IMG/VR virus record: IMGVR_UViG_2529292720_000011
Source: a virus
Taxonomy: Duplodnaviria; Heunggongvirae; Uroviricota; Caudoviricetes
Length of the DNA: 28,769 nt
Direction: 5' to 3' (one strand)
The translations under genes were made by a program, and so were the position numbers. Below, piece after piece: positions 16,618 through 26,296 of the stretch. Position 1 is the stretch's first letter; every line of letters begins with the position of its first letter. The notes under the pieces are model-generated. The model was not told the DNA's origin, did not search any database, and saw only the letters and a list, made by a program, of their open reading frames with translations.

Positions 16618-17418
16618 ATGATTACTCCTGCACAGCAACACTGGCAGAACGTGATGGCACAGCGCGCAGGCCGGGCGAATGAAGGCGTGGACCATGCCGC
16701 GCGTACCGCGCATGAAGAGGTGCTGTATCGTCTGCGTCTGGCACAGGCCCGGCTTAAGGGCGTACAGGCCAGAAGCGCGAAAGCCGCCATCAAAAAAGAG
16801 TTATTGCCGGACTTTTCCGGCTGGATTGAGGGAACGCTGGAGGCTGACGGCGGGCAGCAGGATGAAGTGATTGCCACGCTGATGGTGTGGGCGATTGACT
16901 GCGGCGATCTTCCGCTGGCGCTGCGTATTGGTGCATATGTGGTCCGTCACAACCTCATCATGCCGGATAACTTTGGACGTACTGCTGCCACGGTACTGAC
17001 CGAAGAAATCTGTAATCCGGTACTGACGCAGGCCGGGACGGATGCCGACGCGGATTTGTCCGCCTTTATCGAACCACTGGACACCCTCCGGGAGATTGTC
17101 ACCGACCAGGACATGCCGGACGAAGTGCGCGCCAAATTATGCAAAGCGTGCGCCTTTGCCCGCCGTGGCCTGACCGATGCGGACAGCATGGCCTCATCAC
17201 TGAAGCTGCTGCGCGAAGCGATGCACCTGAACCCGAACGCAGGTGTGAAACGCGAGATTGCAACCCTTTCCCGCGCCCTGAAAAAAGCCGATTCCGCAGC
17301 CGCACCAGAAGATGCCAGCACACCGCAGGCGCAGGACGAAAGCAGCAAAAGTAAAAAGACAACGCGGAAGCCTGCAACACGAAAAACCACCGCGACGCAG
17401 AAGGCGAAGCGCGGTTAA
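16618..17418 (+). CDS. M: Terminase small (endonuclease) subunit gpM
   Basis: MITPAQQHW...KKELLPDF...DMPDEVRAKL...AGVKREI parallels P2 gpM; basic C-terminal tail. Confidence 0.8.
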   Translation: MITPAQQHWQNVMAQRAGRANEGVDHAARTAHEEVLYRLRLAQARLKGVQARSAKAAIKKELLPDFSGWIEGTLEADGGQQDEVIATLMVWAIDCGDLPLALRIGAYVVRHNLIMPDNFGRTAATVLTEEICNPVLTQAGTDADADLSAFIEPLDTLREIVTDQDMPDEVRAKLCKACAFARRGLTDADSMASSLKLLREAMHLNPNAGVKREIATLSRALKKADSAAAPEDASTPQAQDESSKSKKTTRKPATRKTTATQKAKRG

Positions 17419-17521
17419 CGACTGACCCCGTCAGCGGGCGGCGTGCGCGGTGTTCCGGTTTGACTCCGTGACCGTTTACACCGCGCACCCACCGCCCGAT
17501 TTTTTTCAGGAGTGAACCCCC

Positions 17522-18016
17522 ATGAGTATGGTTGCCAGAACTGAACCAAGACCCGCAGAGGACGACATCACCGATACCGATGATGGTGATACCCGTATTT
17601 CAGCGGGTGCATTCTGGCCGGATATTGTGCTGCGTGAGCTGCGTCTGGCGATACGACTGCCGGGCCGTGTGACCACCTCCCGCCTGCTGCATACCGCCAC
17701 CGGGGCAGTGGCACACGTTACCCGCGAGCTGGAAGCGTGGCAGCAGGAACAGCAGGCGGCTGGCCATCAGACGCTGGCCGATGTTCCGGCACCCGTAATT
17801 AACGGAGAAAGCGTCAATCTCTGGCACTGGCGCAATGCGGTTTACACCGCCACACGCGCCCTGATTCTGGAGCGTTACCGCGATGCGGACACAACGGACA
17901 AGGGCGACCGCCGGGCGGACGCACTGGATATACAGACATCGGATTTGTGGCGCGATGTGAGCTGGGCCATCTCTGACATTCTGTGCCGCCCGCGAATCTT
18001 TGCGGAGTTGTGCTGA
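17522..18016 (+). CDS. L: Head completion/stabilization protein gpL
   Basis: 164 aa, at the gpL position after gpM (P2 L about 169 aa). Confidence 0.7.
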   Translation: MSMVARTEPRPAEDDITDTDDGDTRISAGAFWPDIVLRELRLAIRLPGRVTTSRLLHTATGAVAHVTRELEAWQQEQQAAGHQTLADVPAPVINGESVNLWHWRNAVYTATRALILERYRDADTTDKGDRRADALDIQTSDLWRDVSWAISDILCRPRIFAELC

Positions 18017-18216
18017 TGAAAGTGAAGGCACTGGAAGGCGACACCGTGGATTCGCTCTGTTTTCGGTACTACGGCACGACGCAGGGCGTCACCGAAAAGG
18101 TGCTGGATGCCAACCCCGGACTCTGTCAGCAGGTATTTCTGGACGCCGGGCAGGAAGTGGAGATGCCGGAGCCGGAGAAGAAGAAACGAGAAATGATTCA
18201 GTTGTGGGGGGAGTAG
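18016..18216 (+). CDS. X: Tail protein gpX (66 aa)
   Basis: ATG overlaps the L stop (TGATG); size and position match P2 X. Confidence 0.6.
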   Translation: MKVKALEGDTVDSLCFRYYGTTQGVTEKVLDANPGLCQQVFLDAGQEVEMPEPEKKKREMIQLWGE

Positions 18217-18218
18217 CA

Positions 18219-18542
18219 GTGAGCACCATTCAAACAGGGATCACAGAGCAGGTTATTGCGTGGCTCTTTGACCACCTGCCAACGGTGTATGCAGTAGGCG
18301 CGGCGGTCAGCATTTCCGCGCTGATGAGTCTTTATGACGGACGAACACTGGTTCAGACCGTAACGGGATCGCTGGCGTGCGGCGTTCTTGCCATGGCCGT
18401 GGCCGGGTCGTTGCGCTTCTTCGGGTTTCCTGAAGATGCCGTGACGTTTATCGGCGCATCAATCGGTTTTATGGGTGCAGAGAAAGCACGCGACAAGGTT
18501 ATTGCGGCCTTTAATCGCAGGGTGAAGGAGAAAGACGAATGA
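18219..18542 (+). CDS. Holin (gpY-like), two predicted TM helices
   Basis: GTG start; hydrophobic segments VIAWLFDHLPTVYAVGAAVSISALM and LACGVLAMAVAGSLRFFGF with a charged C-terminus; directly upstream of the endolysin. Confidence 0.6.
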   Translation: MSTIQTGITEQVIAWLFDHLPTVYAVGAAVSISALMSLYDGRTLVQTVTGSLACGVLAMAVAGSLRFFGFPEDAVTFIGASIGFMGAEKARDKVIAAFNRRVKEKDE

Positions 18543-18931
18543 GCAACACATTTAAATTCAGCAGCCGGAGCGAAAAGAATTTGCAGGGCGTAAATCCTGA
18601 TCTGGTGAAAGTGACCCGACGAGCACTGGAAATCTCGGAAGTGGATTTTGGTATCACCGAAGGGTTGCGCAGCCGTTACCGCCAGAAGCAACTTGTGGCC
18701 ACAGGTAAGAGCCAGACCAGGAACAGCCGCCACCTTACGGGGCATGCCGTGGATGTTGTGGCTTATATCGGCAGCCAGGTGTCATGGGAATGGCCGCTGT
18801 ACGAAAAAATCGCAGCAGCATTCAGACAGGCCAGCCGGGAACTGAATATTCCGGTGGAATGGGGCGGCGACTGGAAGACCCTGAAAGACGGACCGCATTT
18901 TCAGTTACCACACGGAGCCTATCCGGCATGA
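18539..18931 (+). CDS. Endolysin, L-alanyl-D-glutamate peptidase (M15/LAS zinc peptidase fold)
   Basis: Zinc-binding motif SRHLTGHAVDV (H-x6-D) and C-terminal GGDW...DGPHFQL His; 130 aa; lysis cassette context. Confidence 0.75.
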   Translation: MSNTFKFSSRSEKNLQGVNPDLVKVTRRALEISEVDFGITEGLRSRYRQKQLVATGKSQTRNSRHLTGHAVDVVAYIGSQVSWEWPLYEKIAAAFRQASRELNIPVEWGGDWKTLKDGPHFQLPHGAYPA

Positions 18932-19335
18932 AGCTCTGGCCCACGCTGGGCGTCGCTTTCCTTCTGATTGCCGCATGGGGAACATCCATGCGTCTGTCGT
19001 GGTCGCTGGGCCGGGAGAACGCCAGAAACGAAGCGCAGGCCAGCACCCTGAAAAGTACCGTCGACACCCTGAATATCATCAGCGCCGGGGTACAGGATAT
19101 GCAGCAGGTGCTGGCACAACTCCGCGTGGAAAATCAGCAACGCAATCAGGACGGAGAAGCCAGACGTGAACAGCTACGCAACGATATTGCAAAAGATGAA
19201 TGCGCCCCCGCTTTGCCTGATGCTCGTTTTACTGACAGGTTGCGCAGGCACGCTGAACGCGCCACGGCCAGCGCCGTCAGTCCGGCTTATACCGCAGACG
19301 CTGACCATACCGGTAACGCCTCCCCCCGTCCCTGA
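18928..19335 (+). CDS. i-spanin (Rz/LysB-like)
   Basis: N-terminal TM MKLWPTLGVAFLLIAAWG then coiled-coil-like Q/R-rich periplasmic domain; ATG overlaps endolysin stop. Confidence 0.6.
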   Translation: MKLWPTLGVAFLLIAAWGTSMRLSWSLGRENARNEAQASTLKSTVDTLNIISAGVQDMQQVLAQLRVENQQRNQDGEARREQLRNDIAKDECAPALPDARFTDRLRRHAERATASAVSPAYTADADHTGNASPRP

Positions 19336-19486
19336 CACTCCCACATGGGGAAATCTCGGTATATGGGGCGACCGCCTTCTGGATGCACTGGAAACCTGTA
19401 ACGCGGATAAACGGGCCATTGAATTACTGGAACAGCGCAGGCTGCAACGACTGAACAACGAGGACAACAACCATGCTGAAAACTGA
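19196..19486 (+). CDS. o-spanin (Rz1/LysC-like outer-membrane lipoprotein)
   Basis: Signal peptide plus lipobox MNAPPLCLMLVLLTGCAG; Pro-rich mature part; starts inside the i-spanin gene in another frame and extends beyond it. Confidence 0.65.
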   Translation: MNAPPLCLMLVLLTGCAGTLNAPRPAPSVRLIPQTLTIPVTPPPVPDTPTWGNLGIWGDRLLDALETCNADKRAIELLEQRRLQRLNNEDNNHAEN

Positions 19487-19940
19487 TTCCCTGCGTGAAG
19501 CCATGACCCGTTCATGCCGATGGTGTCAGGCCAACCCGGAAAAATTCACCATTTTCGTGGAGAGCGGCAACATTGAAACGACCGGAGAAACGCCCTCGTT
19601 TGTTTAACGCTATCAGATGGTGATGTTTGTCATGGATTACGCCGGGGAGCTGGACGACCTCACGCTGCCGCTACTGGCGTGGTTATCCGAAAATCAGCCA
19701 CAGTTGTTGCTCAATCCGGAGCGTAATCAGGACATCAAATTTTCCGCCGTTATCAATGACGATGACAGCGCCGATCTCCTGTTTACGCTCCCCCTGCGGG
19801 AACGCGTTCGCATTACGCGCAACAGTCAGGGGACACCGCAGGCAGAACACCTGCCGGAGCCAAAACCCCGTCTGCCCTCTTCCGAAGGCGACTGGTCGCA
19901 TGTATTCCAGGATGTGACGTGGGGTGAAAGCAATGGATAA
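19473..19940 (+). pseudogene. R: Tail completion protein gpR interrupted by an in-frame TAA at codon 45 (19605-19607)
   Basis: Fragments 19473-19604 (MLKTDSLR...) and 19617-19940 share one frame; together they span 155 codons, the size of P2 gpR, and the stop aligns with a Lys in the recalled P2 R sequence (...SFEKRY... vs ...SFV*RY...). Confidence 0.55.
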
Positions 19941-20592
19941 GGCATTCACCCGTGTGGATGAAACCTTTGAGGCCATCCGTGACAGCCTGAATCAGCAGGT
20001 CATCAATAACATCGCCAGAAAGCTGGCACAGGATTTACGCCGCGCCCAGCAGGCACGTATCCGGTCACAGAAAGCGCCGGACGGGACCGCGTGGACACCT
20101 CGCAGACGCCGCGTAACCCGGATACAGGAGCGCATTCGCTTTATCTGGAATAACGAAGCACGCACGCTGAAAAACTGGCATCACGACACGGGGAAATACG
20201 GGCGAACCATTACCGGGTGGGATGAGGATAAAAACAATATCCGCACGTTTTACCGGGATGACATCGACCGTTTTCTGGAAATACGCACCCGGCGCATCAA
20301 CCAGGACAGCACAAAGCGCGTCCCCATGTTCGTAAAACTGCGCACCGCCCGCTACCTGAAAGCCCGTGCAGATGCTTCCGGTGTGACGGTGGGTTACAGC
20401 GGCGTGGCCGCACGTATTGCCCGCGTTCATCAGTTCGGTGAGCGCGATCAGGTTGCGCCGGGCATTTTCACCGATTACCCGGTACGTGAGCTGCTGGGTA
20501 TCAGCCAGGCAGATGAGCGCCTGATTTATAACACGGTGCTGGGCCGGATTGCGGAGGCTGTACGGGGAGCGCAGAACTCATGCGACTGCTGA
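19933..20592 (+). CDS. S: Virion morphogenesis / tail completion protein gpS-like
   Basis: Position between R and V; about 220 aa (GTG 19924 or ATG 19933 start). Confidence 0.55.
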   Translation: MDKAFTRVDETFEAIRDSLNQQVINNIARKLAQDLRRAQQARIRSQKAPDGTAWTPRRRRVTRIQERIRFIWNNEARTLKNWHHDTGKYGRTITGWDEDKNNIRTFYRDDIDRFLEIRTRRINQDSTKRVPMFVKLRTARYLKARADASGVTVGYSGVAARIARVHQFGERDQVAPGIFTDYPVRELLGISQADERLIYNTVLGRIAEAVRGAQNSCDC

Positions 20593-21146
20593 GCAATATC
20601 ATCCGCACCGGGATCATCTCTGAAGTTGATGAGAAGTCCTGGCGCGTGCGCGTTCGCAGCGGCGAACTGGAAACAGGCTGGTTGCGCTGGAACACCACGC
20701 GCGCGGGAGCCTTCAATGTGTGGCTGCCGCCATCACCAGGCGAACAGGTGGTAATTGCCTGCATTGGCGGCAACCCGGAAACCGCCATGATAATTGGCAG
20801 CCTGTGGAGTGATACCAGTCCGGCACCCGGCAAAAGCCTGAAAGAAATCGTGATCAGCGCGCCGGACGGCGCGGTGTTCCGCTACGACGCGGACGCAGGC
20901 GCACTGAGCGCCAGCGGCATGAAAACGGCCACCCTGCAGGCATCCGTCAGCGTGAAACTGGATACGCCCGTCGTGGAATGCACAAACCTTCTGAGAACGG
21001 CGACGCTTGACGTCACAAAAGGAGGAAAGATGAGCGGCAATATCACGCACAGCGGCGGCAACTTCACCTCAAACGGCATTACCGTGCATACGCATAAACA
21101 CGGTGGCGTGAAAGGCGGCGGCGATTCGACAGGAGGCCCGCAGTGA
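20580..21146 (+). CDS. V: Baseplate spike/assembly protein gpV
   Basis: 188 aa; Gly-rich C-terminus HTHKHGGVKGGGDSTGG typical of V-type spikes; position. Confidence 0.75.
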   Translation: MRLLSNIIRTGIISEVDEKSWRVRVRSGELETGWLRWNTTRAGAFNVWLPPSPGEQVVIACIGGNPETAMIIGSLWSDTSPAPGKSLKEIVISAPDGAVFRYDADAGALSASGMKTATLQASVSVKLDTPVVECTNLLRTATLDVTKGGKMSGNITHSGGNFTSNGITVHTHKHGGVKGGGDSTGGPQ

Positions 21147-21493
21147 CAACCCGCTACACAGGAATGAACCCGGACGGAACGGGAAACCTGAATGATATGG
21201 AGCACCTGAAACAGTCAGTCAGGGACATCCTGACCACCCCGCTGGCAAGCCGGGTTATGCGACGGGAATATGGCAGCCTTGTGCCTGATTTGATTGACGA
21301 ACCCATGAATAACACCACGCGTCTGCAATGCATGAGTGCTGCCGTGATTGCGCTGACACGATGGGAACCCCGCATTGCCCTGGATGCCATCGACGTTGTC
21401 TGGAAAGCGGGAGGCCGCGCCGGGGTGACACTGTCGGGCACTGTCATGCAGACCATGCAGAATGTTGAGTTAACCATCACGCTGAGGGAGTAA
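21143..21493 (+). CDS. W: Baseplate protein gpW
   Basis: 116 aa; GTG start with AGGAGG RBS overlapping the V stop; size and position match P2 W. Confidence 0.75.
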   Translation: MTTRYTGMNPDGTGNLNDMEHLKQSVRDILTTPLASRVMRREYGSLVPDLIDEPMNNTTRLQCMSAAVIALTRWEPRIALDAIDVVWKAGGRAGVTLSGTVMQTMQNVELTITLRE

Positions 21494-21496
21494 ATC

Positions 21497-22393
21497 ATGC
21501 CCGCCGTTGACCTTTCCCAGTTACCGGAACCCGCCATCATCGCGGAGCCTGACTTTGAAGCAATTCTGGCTGACACAAAAGCCATGATGATTGCGTCCTA
21601 TCCCGCCGAACAGCGTGAAGCCGTTTCCGCCGCACTGGAGCTGGAATCGGAACCCCTTAACGTTATCGCTCAAACCATGTCGTTTCGTGAAATGCTGTTA
21701 CGCCAGCGGGTCAATGAGGGTGCACGCGCCTGCATGTTAAGCCACAGCGCCGGGACAAACCTGGACAACCTCGCAGGCAATATGAACACAAAGCGCCTGG
21801 TTATCACTCCGGCAACGGATACCACCGACGCGGTGATGGAGAGCGACACCTCGCTGAGACTGCGGGCGCAACGGGCGTATGACGGCCTGAGCGTTGCTGG
21901 CCCGTCAGGCGCATACGAGTATTTTGCCCGCAGCGCCAGCGGTCTGGTGCGTGATGCGCGGGCTATCAGTCCGTCTCCGGCAAATGTGACGGTTTCCATC
22001 CTGTCCACTGAAGGCGACGGCACGGCAACGGAGGCGTTGCTTAATACCGTTCGCGCCGTTCTGAATGCAGAGGATACCCGCCCGGTGGCCGACCGCCTGA
22101 CCGTACAGAGCGCCAGAATCGTGACATGGCGGCTGAATGCAAAACTGTACTTTTACCCCGGCCCGGAATCCGAACCTATTCTGGCCGCGGCGGAATCGTC
22201 ATTCAGGAAGTGGCTGGCTGAACAGGGGCTTATCGGTCAGGACGTGGCGTTGTCAGCCATTGCTGCCGCACTGCATGTGCACGGTGTGCAACGCGTGGAG
22301 ATAATCGAACCCACACAAAATATGGCCATCAGCGACATACAGGCGGCGCGCTGTGAGTCATTCACCATCAGCGAAGGTGGGCGTAATGAGTAA
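21497..22393 (+). CDS. J: Baseplate protein gpJ
   Basis: 298 aa, position and size match P2 J (about 302 aa). Confidence 0.8.
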   Translation: MPAVDLSQLPEPAIIAEPDFEAILADTKAMMIASYPAEQREAVSAALELESEPLNVIAQTMSFREMLLRQRVNEGARACMLSHSAGTNLDNLAGNMNTKRLVITPATDTTDAVMESDTSLRLRAQRAYDGLSVAGPSGAYEYFARSASGLVRDARAISPSPANVTVSILSTEGDGTATEALLNTVRAVLNAEDTRPVADRLTVQSARIVTWRLNAKLYFYPGPESEPILAAAESSFRKWLAEQGLIGQDVALSAIAAALHVHGVQRVEIIEPTQNMAISDIQAARCESFTISEGGRNE

Positions 22394-22916
22394 TTCACTG
22401 TTACCGCCATCAGCCAGCAATTTCATGCGTTGTGCCGAAGCTGTCGGAACACGCATTACAGACATCCCGGTAGACCTCAACACGCTGTGGTCGCCGGACA
22501 CCTGCCCGGTGCATCTGCTGCCTTATCTCGCCTGGGCATTTTCCGTTGACCGCTGGGATCGCAACTGGCCGGAAGAGACAAAGCGACAGGTGATTCGTGA
22601 TGCATGGCTGATACACCGACACAAGGGAACCATCAGCGCACTGCGCCGGGCCATTGAGCCGCTGGGATATCTCATTCGTGTGTCTGAGTGGTGGGAGTTC
22701 GGCGGGGAACCGGGAACATTTACCGTTGAAGTCGGCACGCTGGACAGTGGCGTGACGGAGGAAATGTATCTGGAAATGGAGCGGTTGATTGCTGATGCCC
22801 GCCCGGTCAGCCGCCACATGACAGGGCTGAATATCATTCAGGAGATCCCGGGAGATATTTTCGCGGCGGCAGCAACTTACGACGGTGAAGTCATTACCAT
22901 TTATCCGGACGATTAA
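22386..22916 (+). CDS. I: Baseplate protein gpI
   Basis: ATG 22386 overlaps the J stop; 176 aa from that start matches P2 gpI size. Confidence 0.75.
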   Translation: MSNSLLPPSASNFMRCAEAVGTRITDIPVDLNTLWSPDTCPVHLLPYLAWAFSVDRWDRNWPEETKRQVIRDAWLIHRHKGTISALRRAIEPLGYLIRVSEWWEFGGEPGTFTVEVGTLDSGVTEEMYLEMERLIADARPVSRHMTGLNIIQEIPGDIFAAAATYDGEVITIYPDD

Positions 22917-22918
22917 GC

Positions 22919-25201
22919 ATGAGTACCACAACACGTAAATTTAAAACCGTTATCACCAATACGGGTGCCAAAAAATTAGCTCAGGCAGCCGCGCCAGATG
23001 GTAAGCCTGTCCGCCTGACTCATATGGCCGTGGGTGACGGCGGCGGCACTTTACCCTCGCCAGACAGTAAGCAGACCCGTCTGGTGCATGAGGTGTGGCG
23101 ACACACTGTTAATCGCGTCTTCCTGGACGCAACACATCAGAACCGCATTATTGCGGAGCTGGTTGTTCCTCCAGAAACGGGCGGATTCTGGATCCGGGAA
23201 ATTGGTGTGTTTGATGAGCACGGCGATTTAATCGCAGTAGGCAATACTGCCGAAAGTTACAAGCCAACCGTTGCCGAAGGGTCAGGACGTGCACAAACAT
23301 TTCGCACCATTCTGACCGTATCCAGCACTGCCACTATGGCGCTTACCGTGGATAACACCATGGTAATGGCCACAGTGGATTACGTGGATGACAAACTGAA
23401 AGAGCATGAACAGTCACGACGTCACCCGGACGCCTCGCTGACCGCAAAAGGCTTTGTTCAACTTAGCAGCGCCACTAACAGCACATCTGAAACGCTGGCT
23501 GCGACACCTAAGGCTGTTAAGGCAGCATATGACCTGGCTAATGGCAAATACACCGCACAGGACGCAACCACTGCGCGGAAAGGGATAGTTCAGCTCAGTA
23601 GCGCCACCAACAGCACGTCTGAAACGCTTGCGGCAACGCCAAAGTCTGTTAAGGCGGCATATGACCTGGCTAATGGCAAATACACCGCACAGGACGCTAC
23701 CACTGCGCGAAAAGGGATAGTTCAGCTCAGTAGCGCCACTAACAGCACATCTGAAACGCTGGCTGCAACGCCGAAAGCAGTAAAGGCCGCATATGACCTT
23801 GCTAACGCAAAATATACCGCTCAGGACGCAACGACGGCACGAAAAGGGATAGTTCAGCTCAGTAGCGCCACTAACAGCACATCTGAAACGCTGGCTGCGA
23901 CGCCAAAAGCTGTTAAGGCGGTAATGGATGAAACGAACAAGAAAGCGCCCTTAAATAGTCCTGCACTGACCGGAACGCCAACAACGCCAACTGCGCCGAA
24001 AGGGACTAATAATACTCAGATCGCAAGCACGGCTTATGTGATGGCCGCGATTGCCGCACTTGTAGACTCGTCGCCTGACGCACTGAATACGTTGAACGAG
24101 TTAGCGGCGGCGCTGGGAAACGACCCGAATTTTGCGACCACCATGACTAAAGCGCTTGCGGGTAAGCAACCGAAAGATGCCACCCTGACGGCGCTGGCCG
24201 GGCTTGCTACTGCGGCAGACAAGTTTCCGTATTTTACGGGGAATGATGTCGCCAGCCTGGCAACCCTGACAAAAGTCGGGCGGGATATTCTTGCGAAATC
24301 GACCGTTGCCGCTGTTATCGAATACCTCGGTTTACAGGAAACGGTAAACAGGGCCAGGAACGCCGTGCAAAAGAATGGCGATACCTTGTCCGGTGGGCTT
24401 ACTTTTGAAAACGACTCAATCCTTGCCTGGATTCGAAATACTGACTGGGCGAAGATTGGATTTAAAAATGATGCCGACAGCGATACTGATTCATTCATGT
24501 GGTTTGAAACAGGCGACAACGGCAATGAATATTTCAAATGGAGAAGCAAACAAAGCACCACAACAAAAGACCTGATGACGCTGAAATGGGATGCACTAAA
24601 TATTCTTGTTAATGCCGTCATTAATGGCAGCCTTGGAGTTGGTACGACGAATGCGTTAGGTGGTAGCTCTATTGTTCTTGGTGATAATGATACCGGATTT
24701 AAACAGAATGGAGACGGTATTCTGGATGTTTACGCTAATAGTCAGCGAGTATTCCGCTTTCAGAATGGAGTGGCTATTGCTTTTAAAAACATTCAGGCAG
24801 GTGATAGTAAAAAATTCTCGCTATCCAGCTCCAACAACTCTACGAAGAACGTAAGGTTTAATTTATGGGGCACTTCATCAAGACCAACTGTTGCAGAGCT
24901 TGGTGATGATTCAGGCTGGCATTTCTATAGTCAGCGAAATACAGATAACTCGGTAATATTTTCTGTTAACGGTCAGATACAGCCCAGCAACTGGGGGAAT
25001 TTTGATTCACGCTATGTAAAAGATGTTCGCCTGGGTACGCGAGTTGTTCAATTGATGGCGCGTGGTGGTCGTTATGAAAAAGCAGGACACGCAATTACCG
25101 GATTAAGAATCATTGGTGAAGTAGATGGCGATGATGAAGCCATCTTCAGACCAATACAAAAATACATCAATGGCACATGGTATAACGTAGCACAGGTGTA
25201 A
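22919..25201 (+). CDS. H: Tail fibre protein gpH (constant N-terminal part fused to the currently expressed variable C-terminal part)
   Basis: 760 aa; N-terminus MSTTTRKFKTVITNTGAKKLAQAAAP..., internal 44-aa repeats, C-terminus ...AIFRPIQKYINGTWYNVAQV; near-collinear with P2 gpH as recalled. Confidence 0.9.
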   Translation: MSTTTRKFKTVITNTGAKKLAQAAAPDGKPVRLTHMAVGDGGGTLPSPDSKQTRLVHEVWRHTVNRVFLDATHQNRIIAELVVPPETGGFWIREIGVFDEHGDLIAVGNTAESYKPTVAEGSGRAQTFRTILTVSSTATMALTVDNTMVMATVDYVDDKLKEHEQSRRHPDASLTAKGFVQLSSATNSTSETLAATPKAVKAAYDLANGKYTAQDATTARKGIVQLSSATNSTSETLAATPKSVKAAYDLANGKYTAQDATTARKGIVQLSSATNSTSETLAATPKAVKAAYDLANAKYTAQDATTARKGIVQLSSATNSTSETLAATPKAVKAVMDETNKKAPLNSPALTGTPTTPTAPKGTNNTQIASTAYVMAAIAALVDSSPDALNTLNELAAALGNDPNFATTMTKALAGKQPKDATLTALAGLATAADKFPYFTGNDVASLATLTKVGRDILAKSTVAAVIEYLGLQETVNRARNAVQKNGDTLSGGLTFENDSILAWIRNTDWAKIGFKNDADSDTDSFMWFETGDNGNEYFKWRSKQSTTTKDLMTLKWDALNILVNAVINGSLGVGTTNALGGSSIVLGDNDTGFKQNGDGILDVYANSQRVFRFQNGVAIAFKNIQAGDSKKFSLSSSNNSTKNVRFNLWGTSSRPTVAELGDDSGWHFYSQRNTDNSVIFSVNGQIQPSNWGNFDSRYVKDVRLGTRVVQLMARGGRYEKAGHAITGLRIIGEVDGDDEAIFRPIQKYINGTWYNVAQV
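23449..23976 (+). repeat. Four tandem 132-bp (44-aa) repeats inside gpH
   Basis: KG(F/I)VQLSSATNSTSETLAATPK(A/S)VKAAYDLANGKYTAQDATTAR repeated at 23449, 23581, 23713 and 23845 (period exactly 132 nt); fourth copy diverges after AVKA. Confidence 0.85.
24315..24340. repeat. Left crossover site (gix/cix-like) for the DNA invertase, inside gene H
   Basis: ttatcgaatacctcggtttacaggaa matches the reverse complement of 27242-27267 at 24 of 26 positions. Confidence 0.65.
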
Positions 25202-25204
25202 ATT

Positions 25205-25732
25205 ATGCAGCATTTAAAAAATATTAAGTCAGGAAATCCAAAAACAAAAGAGCAATATCAGCTAACAAAGAATTTTGATGTTATCTGGTTATATACAGAA
25301 GACGGTAAAAACTGGTATGAGGAAGTAAATAGCTTTCAGGAAGACACCATAAAGATTGTTTACGACGAAAATAATATTATTGTTGCCATAACCAAAGATG
25401 CCTCAACGCTTAATCCCGAAGGCTTTAGTGTCGTTGAGATTCCAGATATAACAGTCAATCGTCGTGCCGATGATTCAGGGAAGTGGATGTTTAAGGACGG
25501 AACTGTGGTTAAGCGGATTTATACAGCAGACGAACAGCAACAACAGGCCGAATCACAAAAGGCCGCATTGCTTTCCGAAGCTGAATCAGTCATCCAGCCA
25601 CTGGAACGCGCTGCCAGGCTGAATATGGCAACAGACGAGGAGCGCACACGACTGGAGTCATGGGAACGCTACAGTGTTCTGGTCAGCCGTGTGGATACGG
25701 CAAATCCTGAATGGCCACAAAAGCCTGAATAA
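25205..25732 (+). CDS. G: Tail fibre assembly chaperone gpG (U-like)
   Basis: 175 aa; [24 protein letters not shown]...; N-terminus nearly identical to the minus-strand paralogue at 25761-26294. Confidence 0.85.
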   Translation: MQHLKNIKSGNPKTKEQYQLTKNFDVIWLYTEDGKNWYEEVNSFQEDTIKIVYDENNIIVAITKDASTLNPEGFSVVEIPDITVNRRADDSGKWMFKDGTVVKRIYTADEQQQQAESQKAALLSEAESVIQPLERAARLNMATDEERTRLESWERYSVLVSRVDTANPEWPQKPE

Positions 25733-25737
25733 AAATT

Positions 25738-25757
25738 AAGGCCCGCTATCGGGCCTT
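25738..25757. terminator. Hairpin/terminator between the convergent tail fibre assembly genes
   Basis: aaggcccg-ctat-cgggcctt flanked by A-run on one side (T-run for the minus strand). Confidence 0.5.
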
Positions 25758-25760
25758 GTC

Positions 25761-26294
25761 TCATTCAGGTTGTTCGGGAAACGTTACTGGCAGGCTGGAA
25801 GTGTCTGTAGATTCGACTTTCTGCGCAAAGAGTATCCACTCTGTTAATTTTTGTTTACTCTCGTCGGAAATGATGCCCAGCCGTAGCTGTGAGTCCCATA
25901 ACTGGGTTTTATCCCTGACAAGTTGCAACAGGCTTTGCTTTTCATTCTCTGCCTGCTGCCTCTGCTCTTCCCCGGTATAAGTTCGCTTTATCACTACGCC
26001 ATCTTTGAACATCCATTTACCCGAAATATCAGCCCGGCGATTTGCTGTAATATCAGGTAATTCAACGACGCTTGCGCCTTCTGGATTAATTACTGAAACA
26101 TCCTTTTCAATACAAATAATAACGCCGTTACGGTCATAGACCATTTTCAACGTATCAGGCTGAAAGTTCTTTTGTTCCTCATACCAGTTTTTTCCATCAT
26201 CTGAATAAAGCCATTTGATGTTAAATTGTTTCGTTAGCTGGTATTGCTCTTTTGTTTTAGGGTTGCCAGCAGTAATGTTTTTTAAGTGCATCAT
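25761..26294 (-). CDS. Alternative tail fibre assembly chaperone (U'-like)
   Basis: 177 aa; [24 protein letters not shown]... conserved N-terminus, divergent C-terminus relative to gpG. Confidence 0.8.
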   Translation of the reverse strand: MMHLKNITAGNPKTKEQYQLTKQFNIKWLYSDDGKNWYEEQKNFQPDTLKMVYDRNGVIICIEKDVSVINPEGASVVELPDITANRRADISGKWMFKDGVVIKRTYTGEEQRQQAENEKQSLLQLVRDKTQLWDSQLRLGIISDESKQKLTEWILFAQKVESTDTSSLPVTFPEQPE

Positions 26295-26296
26295 AA

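Noticed and set aside
23449-23976. Possible CRISPR-like array (regular repeats)
   Set aside because: Repeats are 132 bp, contiguous without spacers, in-frame and coding within the tail fibre gene; no cas genes in the window.
24034-24621. 195-aa minus-strand ORF inside gene H
   Set aside because: Antisense to the tail fibre gene; low-complexity Ser/Ala-rich translation; no RBS.
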